Shown here piece after piece: positions 11,566-22,720 of a stretch of DNA of 64,000 nt. A program made the position numbers and the translations under genes. The stretch is from positions 20,894,001 to 20,958,000 of the forward strand of contig NC_135667.1 of NCBI RefSeq assembly GCF_964188315.1, read 5' to 3'. The DNA is from Podarcis muralis (lineage: Eukaryota). Under the pieces are notes generated by a model. It was not told the origin of the DNA. It worked only from the letters and a program-made list of their open reading frames with translations, and made no database searches. Each line of letters begins with the position of its first letter. The stretch's first letter is position 1.

Positions 11566-14500
11566 GCAAGGTTTAGGAAGTGGAGGGCTTGGGGGGCTTC
11601 CTTCCTACCGAAGCCTTTAAAGGGCAATGGGAGGCTGAGGTCTGGGAATCTAGCCATCGGAATGAATAGCCTTTTGAAGGTCTACTTCTATGAAATAGAA
11701 ACGGGGGGATGAGGGGCAAATGGTATTGGTCTGGGAAGCTGCAGGCACTCAGTAGTCTTAATCAGCGCCCTCCTTTTCTCTTTGTGGCATGTCCCCGTCT
11801 CAGAAAGCATTCCCAGTTATGAAAACCAAGGTGAAGGTGAGTAGGAATTATTGGTTTTAAGGCCACTTTCTGGAAAATGCAGCTTGGCTCACTTGCATGA
11901 GTCATCTACTCGCTCTGCAGTTTTGCAGTGCTCTTGGACTTGACTGTGCCTCACTGTGAGTGGATTCTGAAGGCTGGTTTTGGCTCAGGGTTGGGGTGGA
12001 GGTTCCCAGTATATGTGAATGTAAGCTCATATGCATATCATAACTCTGCTAATGCTCTCTGTGCTTCCAGTACAAGCTGGTGCCACTGATGATGAGGATA
12101 ATGATGACAACTATGTCCCTCCATACATGTAAGTCTTGGGGGGGGGGGGTCAGAGGTCAAACGTTATAATGGATTTTAGCTGGATCACTCATAGGAACCT
12201 GTTGGCACACTATGTGCTCTGCATCTATAAAGTCCCCAGCATCTCTGCTTAATGGATTATATACCATCTTTCTTCTGCTTGCTCCATCAGTGTTGTTCAC
12301 TGCTTAAAGCAGGGATAGGGAATGTGTGGTTGTTGGACTGCAGCTCCCATCAGCCCCAGCCAGCACAGGCAAAGGCCAAGGGTGATGGGAGTTGTAGTCC
12401 AGCCAAACCTGGATCCTCTCCAGACTGTGCAAAACGGATTCCATTTTCTAAATCTGCATACTTCATACTGGCAAATTTACATTTGCACAACTACCGCGGA
12501 CCAAATCACTCTGCTGCTTTTGCACAGCAAATCCACTTTGAAAAAAAGTGCACATTTTGCAGTAGGGAAAGTGGTGGGGAAATGTGAAATATTATATGAA
12601 AAATATTAAACCACCAGCAGTTAATATGTTATAAATGGATGCCAACACACACACACACAAAAATCTAAAACATCTAAAAACACCTTTAAAAATGCAATTC
12701 CAGTACAGAGCTGCCTTGGGACTAGGATTAGCTGCGAAAGGCAGTATCCAAATGAAAATATATACCGTAAGCAGTGTTGGCCCTTGACCTCAGAAAACTG
12801 CTGCCAGTCCGAGCAGCCAATGCTGCATGAGATGGATTGGTGGGTTTCATTCAGCATGAGTCAACTGCTTATTTCTCGGATCCGTGCAGCACCAAAGCTT
12901 CTTTTCCCTTCTCTTCCACAGTGACGTGCTGCCAGATGCGCCACTTACAGATCAAGGCAATGAAGACGGTGCTTCCACAGGTGAGTTGGCAGCAGGTGGG
13001 ATGGACTGACTCCCTCCTGGCATCAGGGCTGGGGTTCTCTTGGAGAGTGTTGTGGCAACCCATCTGTCTGCAACCTCAGGGTCATCTAAATGTAGCATTT
13101 ATTTCTCTCCCACCTTACATCCAAGGAACTCGGAGGTGCTGTAAATGGCTGTTCCCCTCTCCCATTCAATCCTCACAGCAACCCTGCAGAGTAGGTTAGG
13201 CTAAGAGACAGTACCTGGTCCAAGGTCACCCAATAAGCCTCTTGGCTGAGTGGAGATTGAACCCCGGTCTCCCAGGTCCTGCTGCAACACCCTAACTCAG
13301 TGATGGCCAAACTTGGCCCTCCAGCTGTCTTGGGACTACAACTCCCATCATCCATAGCTAACAGGACCAGTGGTCAGGGATGATGGGAATTGTAGTCCCT
13401 AAACAGCTGGAGGGCTAAGTTTGGCCATCACTGCTGCATCACAGTGATTCTAAATGAGAAAGGAACTTGGGACACAATTGGGAAAGGGCAGTGTTTGAAG
13501 TGCTTCCAATTTTTCCTTTTCAGATTCCCTAGGAGAGCAGTATGAGAATGTGCTTGAGTGTGAGCGCAATTCGCCCGGTGAGTGTGGAAAGTAGATCTAT
13601 GGGGCCCGGCTAGTCAGGAATGAGGGTGTGCGATTGCATTGAAAATGGAGGTGGGTTTGTACATGCCATGCCGGGCACAGCTGGACGTATCATTAGGCAG
13701 AATCAGGGCCAGGCAGAATCGGGTGGGTGGAAGGTTAATTTTTGGTGTCCCAGAGCACTCAGTGGAGCTTACTCCCTAGTAAGGGCATTTAGGGTTGCGG
13801 GCAGAAGCAACCAACTGAAAGATCCAGCCAATGCTGACCCCAGCTTTGCACTAGTTGCCAGAGACTTATATTAAAAAACTTTGCTATGAGCAGCCTTGCT
13901 TCCAATATTTTTAAAACCGTATAATAATTTGCATAGCTCCTGCAAAGCAGTACACCACCTTGGCAAAAATAAAATAAAATAATAAAATAAAATGCTGTGA
14001 GCTGCAGGTTTCATTGTGCTGAGCAGATGGCCCACATAAGCTACTGTTTATGTGTCCATCCCAGAGGCTGAGTCAAGGAGTTTTGTGGTTGTGGAAGGGG
14101 ACTTGAAACTGGGTCTTCTTGAGTTAAACCAGCTCCTTCGTGCTGTCTCTGCTGTGACTGAGCAAGGCACTGCTGAGGCGCGTGCAGTGTAGGGTGGTCC
14201 GTCAGGACAAACAGGACACTTCCCCACCAAGCTCAGTCTGTCCTCAGCCCAACCCCTTTTGATGATCTCCTTCCTTACAAGCGGTCCAAGAGGTAGCGCC
14301 ATCTGCTGGACTCTTCTGCCTTAATTTCAGGGTTGCCTTTGTCAAACTCGGCAGGAAGGAAGGGTGTGGAGAAAACTAGAATGAGTTGGCTCCACCCATC
14401 ACTGGGTCTAGCTCCCCCTACTGTTGACCTCCCTGCCTTCTGCCCACACAGTCCCAGTGGACACCAGTCTCTCCACTGGATGTACCTCAGAACCTTCATT

Positions 14501-14817
14501 AAATCTTCCATTTTCTCTCTCCGTCAAAGGTGACTATGTCAACGTACTAGAACCAGAAGCTACCATGGTGGGTCCTTGTTTTGGTGAGTGGGAAAAGCCT
14601 GCTGTGTGGGCCTGCTAGGAAGTTCTCATTTAATTTCCCTATAGTCCCTCATTATCCATTTCTCTAGCTAATTGCCTGAGGGCTAAGGGTGGGGCCCTAT
14701 ATCTCCCTGCCATAATTTTAAGTCCTTTTTCATTTTCCTGTAGTTGGCAGTGGCACCAGTGATCGGGAGAGTGAAGATGACACTCCGGACTATGAGAATG
14801 TCTGTCCTGGGCTTTGA
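5697..14817 (+). CDS. LAT: Linker for activation of T cells (LAT), 11 coding exons, ~210 aa
   Basis: Exons 5697-5805, 5937-5964, 6711-6763, 10087-10129, 11447-11514, 11804-11836, 12071-12128, 12922-12980, 13524-13577, 14530-14583, 14744-14817. All junctions are GT-AG and in frame (633 nt). The protein has an N-terminal TM (IFWVLAFTVPLLVILLVL), a palmitoylation CxxC (LCIDCR), SYENQ, acidic DDEDNDDNY..Y.DVLPD and three Grb2-type YxN motifs (YENV, YVNV, PDYENV*). An intron follows just after the stop (donor 14819), as I recall for mammalian LAT. The 3'UTR exon starts at 14992 with AATAAA at 15269-15274. The exon at 6711 is the least certain. Confidence 0.9.
6887..7112. mobile_element. TA-flanked Tc1/mariner-type MITE (CAGTGGTACC TIR family)
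   Basis: TIRs CAGTGGTACCTC...GAGGTGCCACTG with TA on each side. Related copies: 1214-1451, 10275-10488, 34893-35118, 37705-37924, 43331-43547. Confidence 0.8.
8233..8423 (-). mobile_element. Bov-B (RTE) LINE 3' end inserted in a MITE
   Basis: The minus strand encodes LMLGKMEAIGRRGRQRTRWLDSVLEATTMSLTKLQEAVEDRSAWRALVHGVMKSWTRL, followed by a (CAA)n tail. An 11-bp TSD TTTTTTGGGTT lies at 8222-8232 and 8424-8434. Confidence 0.9.
13298..13433. mobile_element. Fully palindromic MITE-like element
   Basis: CAGTGATGGCCAAACTT...AAGTTTGGCCATCACTG with internal inverted repeats (GGACTACAACTCCCATCATCC / GGATGATGGGAATTGTAGTCC). Related internal motifs recur many times in the window. No clear TSD. Confidence 0.65.
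14295..14309 (-). promoter_or_regulatory. CTCF-motif match in LAT intron
   Basis: The minus strand reads CCAGCAGATGGCGCT, matching the CTCF core consensus CCASYAGRKGGCRSY. Motif match only. Confidence 0.5.
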
Positions 14818-15685
14818 GGTATCTGGATTATGGTGTCTGTTTGGGGCACGGGACGGATGTAGGGTGTGTGTGTGTGTATATATATATGGATGTGGCTTCA
14901 TATATATGATAGAGGGCAACCCTAGAACCTGTATGCCAGCAATCACCTCTGAGCATTTGTAGACTCTTAACCAACATCTCTTTCTCCCTAGGTTGAAAGG
15001 TTCCTTTGCCGGTTGCTCCAGTCACCTATATGCAGAATGCATTACCTGGTTGGCCTAAGGACACTGTCTTCCCAGTCACCCTCAAATATTGCCGTAACTT
15101 ATTGCCCTTCTTTGCACTTTGCATGACACATCCTGAGAATTTTCCACAATACTATAGAATCTTGGTAGCAAGATTCAGAAGCTTGACTGTCCATGTGGAA
15201 CTGGTCTTCTAACACTCCCCACCCCCCCAGCCCGCAAAGCATTCTGGGTTGTTTATGTCTCTTTGCTAAATAAAGAACTGGTAATTTCATCGTTGTTGTA
15301 CTTGAAAGGGAATTGGTGCAGGATTATGGATGGGGAGAGATGCCTAGAAGGGTCTGAACAGAGTGTGCAGGGTTCAGGTGAACAGATAAGTCTTGGCAAT
15401 TGCTAAACAGTGCACTGGGATTCTAACTTTGGTTTCTACTTCAACTGAAATGAACCTCAGAGGTTCCTCGCTTCCTGGAGCACTGCAGCCTGCATTCGGT
15501 TACTGGGGACGACAGAGTATTAGAGTATTAGAGACATTATGCAACATTATTGCTTCCTCGACTTGGGATGCTTACACACAAGGCTTTTAAAGTGGAATTG
15601 CTGTGCTTCATCCACTCTTACTTATGCTCCATCTTTCAGTTTTCAAAAGCACGGCACCAGGCAGTTTCATCATTAAAGCAACAAG

Positions 15686-15814
15686 CAGTGCTTTTTATCT
15701 GGGGGTACGCATACCCCTAACATTTTGTGAATCTAAGTTTGACCTCATTGAGGGGCAGTATGAGTAGGAAAATGAGAGTAGCCCCAAACATCTTTTTAAG
15801 GAAAAAAAGCACTG
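15686..15814. mobile_element. hAT-type MITE
   Basis: TIR CAGTGCTTTTT / AAAAAGCACTG; TSD GCAACAAG vs GTAACAAG (7/8). Confidence 0.7.
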
Positions 15815-16626
15815 GTAACAAGTCATTTTTTAAAAAAAAATTAGCATTAAATCAAGCCGATCAAACAGATCCACAAGGAGACGGAAATTAAAGGAGGCCA
15901 AAAGCTTATCAGAATACAGTGTAAACAAAATTTATGGCTCCAGAGAAACACTTGGCTGTCCTCTGTGCAACACAGTAGAGGATGATAGGGATGCAGGCTA
16001 CTGGATTATTTTATTTTTTGCTTTTCCTTGGATTCACAGAGTCCTGAAGTTATTGCTGCTCATTTTGTGAACAAAAGTCATATAATACCCAAACCTGCCC
16101 AGCTCCATTCGCCTCTAAGTGGAACGTTGGTTGGGGGAACCTCTTCTGTTTACGAGGAGTTGGCATACACTGATGGATGGAACAAGTCACAGCCACTGCC
16201 GCTCTTAATCTTATCTTCCATATGTTTTGTAAGCACAAGCCTCTTGGCGCGGGACCTTTGGGGCAGAGGGTGATGCCCTGCAGCCAGGTTCTTGAATCGA
16301 CTATCTGCCCAAGGCAAATGCCATTTTTATTCCACACCCAAGTCGCCACCGGCATTCAAGATAGGCCAGATGTTTCTTGCATAATAACCACGGGAATACT
16401 GGGTAGGGACAACAACAGATAGACAGGGTTGAGATCACAGGGGCAGTGCCAGGCAAGCACAAACACCCCATTATCTTGGGGTGCCAGAGAGTGTTGAGGT
16501 GCCCTTACAGTCTGCTGTCTCTGCTGATAACGGAAGCAGGCACGTAAGCCGTCCCCCCTTGGCTGTGTTTTGCTGTGCTGTTAGGGACTTCCACAATCTC
16601 CAGAAGAACAGTCATTGCTTGCAGGG

Positions 16627-19600
16627 ATGGGCTTCTTCACGTTGATCCTCCTCACCTCCTCCTGCTTCCTTGGAAAAGCCGGTGAGTTGCCTGCTTTGAA
16701 ATTGAAGGAGGTGGGCAGCAAAGGCATCTTAAGAGTTGGAAGAGACTTGAGAGGCCAAGATCTAGTTCAGCCACCTGCTCAATGCAGGATGGCACTACTG
16801 CAAGGTTGCTGGTGGTACCAGTGGCCCTCCAGATGTGGCTGGACTACACTCCCATCATCTCTGACCATGGGCCGTGTTGGCTGGGGCTGATGGGAGTCCA
16901 AGAAATCTGCAGGGCCATGGGTTATCCATCTCCAGACTGCAGCACCCCTGGAAGATGGTCCTCTAGACTCCAGCCAAGGAGTGCCCACCACTTCCCAAGG
17001 AAGTCAGACTTAATATAGCAGTATTATTCACAATTATCCACTATTCTGGAAAGCAATGTGCAACCACTTAAGTGGAGCGGTTGTAGGGGATGGCACTTGG
17101 CATGAAGTGTTGCTGGGCTGGAGAAGGGAGCAGAGAGCAGGGGAGGGACAGTGTTGTTTGTGACTTGCTTGTGAACCACCAGACACATTGTTTTTAACTA
17201 CTGTCAGTCATCTGGGGAGCAACCTGGTGCCTCTGCAAGCTCACAAGGTTTGCTCCCAGCCTTTCAGTACTTTAACACGGGTACATTACCTTTGAACATG
17301 GGGATTCCATCTTCCCAGTACCATATTTTTATATTTGTTTTTACATCAATATCTATCAATAGATTGCAATCTTTTGCAATCTGATCTTGTGGGCAGTTTT
17401 TGCTGCTAGGCAATTATCGATATAATTTGGCAGCCATCGAGCCCATCTTTAATGTGGAATTAAGTAAACTGTGTGTTTCATAAAGAAGAACTTTTGCTTG
17501 CCCTGAACCTATTTCTAATCAACACCATTGGGGTGGCTCAAGGTCTTTCCAGGTGACCTGCTCATTTGTCCCGATTTGTTTGAGAGGAGCTTAGATGGCC
17601 TTGCACCAAAGCAAGTGCAATCCAACGCTTTTGATGCCTTTCCTTGTCACTTTCCTTATCGCAAGAAGTCTGACCTTTTGGGGAAGCATGTTTGTTGCAC
17701 GAGACCTCCCAATCCCTTGCAGTTGTGGGACCTGAATTTACCTGTATGTGACTAAATCCCACCCGAATACAGTGAAAGCCTGGAAGCAACCCCTGAATGA
17801 AGTTAAATTGGCTTATCTGAATTGGGTGCAGTAATTTGACTGGCAAGAGCCTTCCAAGGATTTGGAAAAAGTCTCTTCTCAATCCTCTTAGCTGGTAAGC
17901 TTTTAGGTACAGATGCATGGAACTTAACCCAGGACAGTCTACAAGTAAGAGATCTGCTCATTTACTGAGCTATTTAGGCAAGATGGCCCATGGAAGACCG
18001 ATCACTGGATGATCTTTGGCTGTGTGGCTTCTCAGTTTGATGCCGTTTAAGATGGTCCTTAGATTTCCCCAATAATTATATTTAGGGCCACATAGGCATC
18101 ACTGATAAAGAGGAAACACATAACTTTTTTAAAAAAAGATATATTTGTGTAAAATCTGCATGTGCTAATTTGTATGTTTGGATGTAAATACAGACACAGT
18201 CACTATAATTGAAACAAAAATGCAATCCATCTCAACATCCTGGGGAAGACTGTGACCTGTGTAGATGGTCCATTTCAAGGCCCCTGTCACATGGAAGACG
18301 GAATTGTTGAGCTGAAAAGGGGCCCCAAGGATCATCTAGTCCAACCCCTTGCAATGCAGGAATGTGCAACTGTCCCATATGGGGATCAAACCTGCAACCT
18401 TGGTGTCATCAGCACCACGCTCTAACCAACTGAGCTATCAGGTGTCCAGTGGTTGTATTTTCTCAGTTAAGCAGGCAGCAACCCAAATGGAATGATAAAG
18501 TAGGATGCGCTGCCTGCCACCCTAAGGCCAATTCACACATGCCTGCATATTCATTGATTTCTCAGCACTTGCCAAACGGCAGCTGACTGTGAGACCTGAC
18601 TCCTAAGCAGAAGAGGAGAGCTCTTCTGATGTGTCTGTTCTGTGTTGCTTGACCCAGCTGGGAAGCTGCAAGTGCAGGCCGAGCCCTCTCTGGTGAAAGC
18701 TGCGGTTGGAGATGATGTCTTGCTGAATTGCATCTTTACTGTGGACGAGCCTACCGTGGACCTCAGCCGACTCTCAATCCTCTGGTTCCACCGGGGCAGG
18801 CAGCTGGCGGAATTTGACGATGTGGTGACCACCTCCGGGGAAGGCGTCAGCCTGAGCCGGGAAGAGCTGGGGAATGGCAATGCGTCCTTGCTCATCTCCC
18901 GGGTTGGCACTGGAAACTCTGGCAACTACAGATGCTACGTTACATACACGCTGGAAGTGCGCATCCGGGAAGTGACTTTGCAAGTTGCAGGTAAGAGAGG
19001 TGGATGGTGTGGCAGGTGGTGTGTGTGTGTGTGCGCGCGCGTGAGCGCAACCAAGCACCAACAGGACACAACATAACATTTGAAGATTAGGAAAGGTTGT
19101 GGAGAAAAGGGGTCAAGTTTACTGCATGTATGGTGTTAAAGGAAAATATTATGAAAATGATGTATAGATGGTACTTAACCCCTGTAAAATTAATAATATG
19201 TATTTTTTTATCTCCCCCCCCCCCACTCCATTTTTAAAGTTTTATTTTCTACATTACTGGATTCAAGGCAATTATTGTCCAAATATGCAACAAAAGTCAC
19301 CTTGCCACCCTACATTCATTCAGAGTATATTAACTGAATAATCCCTTTCACGCACAGCACAAGATAATTTATCTATACAATATCAGCAGATAATCAAACA
19401 AAACTGCACCCATCAATTCCAATTTAAATAATTTACAAATCAATAGCAAATAGCCACAGGTTGACACAGAATTGTGTGACTATCCTAGAAACCCATCCCC
19501 CCCCCATTCTTCACTGCTCTCTCTCTCTCTCTCTCTCTCTCTGAATCCCCCTTCAGTAAATATCTATTCCTAGCCCCCCTCTCTTTTGAATACATTCCCC

Positions 19601-20392
19601 TTTCAAACACCCTATGAAAGAGAAAGGCTTGTTTTCCTCTGGAGACTTCCAAAATGCAGCCTTTACCTTCTACATTGGTTCATTTTATTTCCAGTTTAAT
19701 TGGGCTTATAGTCACATTTTAAAAATCAAGTGAGCCTAGCTAACATCTATAAATCTTAGATATCAACAAAAAGACACTCACCTGTCTTCCCCCTGCTCCC
19801 TACATGATGTTAATAATTTGGGGTACATTAAAGGCATACATTTTGCACCACAAAAGAAAAGCTTTTGCTTTCTTCTAATTTACAAGTAACTCCTGCCTTG
19901 ATTTGCCTGCAGGTGGTGTGCCTTACTCACCCTAGGCGACTAGGCAGGTAGCTATGAACAAAGCCATATCAAATAGAGGTGGAAAAAGACTTGCCCAATG
20001 CCTAAACATTACTACAGTGCCTTGTAATTCTGCGTAGCAATTTCAGTTTTTGGAATTTGTATGGACTGTATTTAAACGTGGAAGAAGTACAGAAGATATT
20101 GATGGGTCCATCACAAATGTCTCAGCTTTGATTTCTGTGTTTCATTCATTCATTTCTAACCCTACTGTGTGTTGCATGCTGATACTAATTCCCTGCAGAC
20201 CCCGAGGAAGATCTGGAAGATTCCTTTTCATCCCCGTGTCTCAGCCGTTCAGATATCCTGAGCAAGCTGGGTCAAATTGAGGAAGCTGTGAAGCAACTCG
20301 AGGCCAAACTCCAGGAGCTCGTGACCAGCAAGAGGGCCACAAGATGCAGTTCTGAAGTTGCCTCCCCGACCATGCCAGAGCCCTCACGCTGA
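16627..20392 (+). CDS. Predicted secreted single IgV (B7-H6/NCR3LG1-like) protein with C-terminal coiled coil, 193 aa
   Basis: Exon 1 16627-16681 encodes a signal peptide (MGFFTLILLTSSCFLGKA). Exon 2 18658-18990 encodes a V-set domain (LLNC..ILWF..GNASLLI..SGNYRCYV..VTLQV). Exon 3 20199-20392 encodes DPEEDLEDSFSSPCLSRSDILSKLGQIEEAVKQLEAKLQELVTSKRATRCSSEVASPTMPEPSR*. Both junctions are phase-1 GT-AG. The family assignment is by resemblance only. Confidence 0.8.
18301..18439 (-). mobile_element. tRNA-Ile(GAT)-headed SINE with CR1-derived tail
   Basis: Minus strand GATAGCTCAGTTGGTTAGAGCGTGGTGCTGATGACACCAAGGTTGCAGGTTTGATCCCC, then TTCCTGCATTGCAAGGGGTTGGACTAGATGA like the CR1 3'UTR at 31918-31990. 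A second copy lies at 28441-28570 (-). Confidence 0.75.
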
Positions 20393-21382
20393 TTGCATTT
20401 CTGCACTGCTGCAAATCAAAATAGGCTTCAAACCCATTTAGCTTAAACTTCCCGTGTTATGCAAGTAAATGTGGAAACTGTAGCTCTGTGACAGGGCTTA
20501 GAGTCTCTTGACAAATCATTCCTGCAATATCTTAATTCCTAGGATTCCCTGGGGGGGGGGGATGTTATGACCATTAAACCAGCTTCAGAATTAATACTGT
20601 GTTGAAGGGCATTGCATGTACTGAATGGCAGTGGAGGGGTGGGGCTGAACTGACTATTTCTGAGTGCATCAGGGCCTGGAACCTGGTGGGGTGGAGACAG
20701 AGTTGGATTAAACAGGAGGCAACGCAGGGAACTGCTGAGGGCGCCAGCCTTGAGGAGTGTCTGGTTCGTTGACCACTCATCCTGATTTATTTGAGGGGAG
20801 ACTGAATGACATTGCCTCAGAGCAAGTGTCACCTCACACTTTCCAATGCATTTGCTCACCAGTAATCACCTTCCTTGTGGTAAAAAGCCCAATCTTTTGT
20901 AGAAGTGGGTTTCTTGCACAAGACCTCCCAATCCACTGTAACTATGTACCCTGAATTTGCTGGGATGTGACTGAATCCAACCCCAAAATGGTATGAATGG
21001 GGGGTGCGTGTTATTTCTAGATCTGCTCAACTATCAATAGCTGACTCAAATAGAATAAACACTTCATCTTCACCTATAAATCTGGCAATGACCTATGCGG
21101 ACAGCATGCATTACTCCTTTTTGAAAACAACATTAGAGAAGTTATTTAAAAACATAAAAATAGCTCTGTTAGATCAAGGCCAGTGGCCCACCTAGCACAT
21201 ACCTGTTCTCACAGTGGTCGGAATCTGCAATCAAGATCTGATCACCACAGCAACCTCCCAGCATTATGCATCCTGCTTTTGAGCTTTTGAGTGTGTTCTG
21301 GCTGACCAATTGATAAAGACCCAAGTTTTGGACTCCATGGACATGTGGTCAAATTCATTTGATATGTTCTAGCGTTATGATG

Positions 21383-21737
21383 GGATGCGGGTGGCGCTGT
21401 GGGTAAAAGCCTCAGCGCCTAGGGCTTGCCGATCAAAAGGTCGGCGGTTCGAATCCCCGCGGCGGGGTGTGCTCCCGTCGTTCGGTCCCAGCGCCTGCCA
21501 ACCTAGCAGTTCGAAAGCACGTCAAAGTGCAAGTAGATAAATAGGGACCGCTTACCAGCGGGAAGGTAAACGGCGTTCCGTGTGCTGCGCTGGCTCGCCA
21601 GATGCAGCTTGTCACACTGGCCACGTGACCCGGAAGTGTCTCCGGACAGCGCTGGCCCCCGGCCTCTTGAGTGAGATGGGCGCACAACCCCAGAGTCTGG
21701 CAAGACTGGCCCGTACGGGCAGGGGTACCTTTACCTT
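21383..21737 (+). mobile_element. Sauria SINE, second subfamily
   Basis: Shares the diagnostic core with the 4410 copy; has the (TTTACC) tail. Confidence 0.88.
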
Positions 21738-21774
21738 TAGCGTTATGTCAGTCCCACATTCTCTAGGTGCGCTA

Positions 21775-21867
21775 CATGGGCGGGGGCAAGAGGGGGGGCT
21801 GCCTCCCCTAAATCAATACAAATCTGAGCTTCTGCCCCCCCCCCTCCAAATCCTGGCTACTCCCATG
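21775..21867. mobile_element. 93-bp hAT-type mini-MITE
   Basis: CATGGG...CCCATG termini with a perfect 8-bp TSD GTGCGCTA. Confidence 0.7.
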
Positions 21868-21989
21868 GTGCGCTAGTCCTGGCTAGTACTCAGTAAAAAG
21901 CACTGCTTATGGTCAAGAGGCGCTCTTGTATTTTTCAATTACACAGCCCAGTGCACTGAGAAAAAAAACACACACAAAAACCGAATTAA

Positions 21990-22720
21990 GCTCTGGGGAA
22001 ATGCAACTCCTGGTTAAAGGCACAAGTCTGAGCCACCCGCTCCTTCGCCAGGAGAGGCACGCGGAAAACACACGCCGAGGGGCTTTCGCTTTAAGAGCCT
22101 CCCACTGGACTCTGGCTGGGGTACAACCTGGGTGTCGCTTAGCTTGGAAAGCGCTGAGGCAGCAGCAGCCTCCGGAGGGGGAAGGGGACGGCCAGGGGCC
22201 TGTTGCAAGAACCAGCCTGGAAGGGACGAGAGAAGCTCAGCAGCCCCCAGCATGGAAGGCTTGTAAGCGACTGATTCCCCCACCTCGCAAAACAATAACC
22301 GTGCCCGCCCCCTTCCCAGTGCCCACACTTCGCGCCCCTGCCCCACCCCCGCTTGCTTTTTGCAAGAGTGCCCTATTTTCCTAATACTCGTAATGGCACA
22401 AGAGGGTGGGGGATGCGTGCGCACGGGACAGGGCGTAATAAACGTAATATTGGCGCCACTCAAAGGTCCCTGAAACTAACATGTCGCTCCCTTACATGAA
22501 GTTTTGCAGTTAAGTTTGCTTGCTGCCGTAATGCAGGAGAATCTCATCAAGGAGAGTCCAAAAATGCAGGTAGCTGCGTCGATGCCTTCGACTGAAATGA
22601 ATAAAAGGTGCATCGCACAACGCCTAGTCCATTAGGGTCAGCTGGTAGCCATGGAGTCACGTGCTGGCAAAAGGTGGAATTTGTCGCTCGGGAGTGCGGA
22701 GGCTGGAGTTTCAGTTAGCC
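21990..22720 (+). promoter_or_regulatory. CpG-rich probable promoter of the ADPRH-like gene
   Basis: Locally high CpG density, GC boxes (CCGCCCC), an NRF1-like TGCGTGCGCA near 22414 and an E-box GTCACGTG at 22656-22663, about 1-1.7 kb upstream of the first recognised coding exon. Confidence 0.45.

Noticed and set aside
11837-12070. In-frame-length (234 nt) LAT intron as a retained-intron isoform like the human one
   Set aside because: An in-frame TAG occurs within the first codons of the intron.
20126-20280. Alternative upstream acceptor for the IgV gene giving ALISVFHSFISNPTVCCMLILIPCRPRGR (possible TM isoform)
   Set aside because: The phase fits, but the segment is too polar (H, S, N, P, T) for a convincing TM and overlaps the pyrimidine tract of the stronger acceptor at 20198. 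Still worth checking in RNA-seq.
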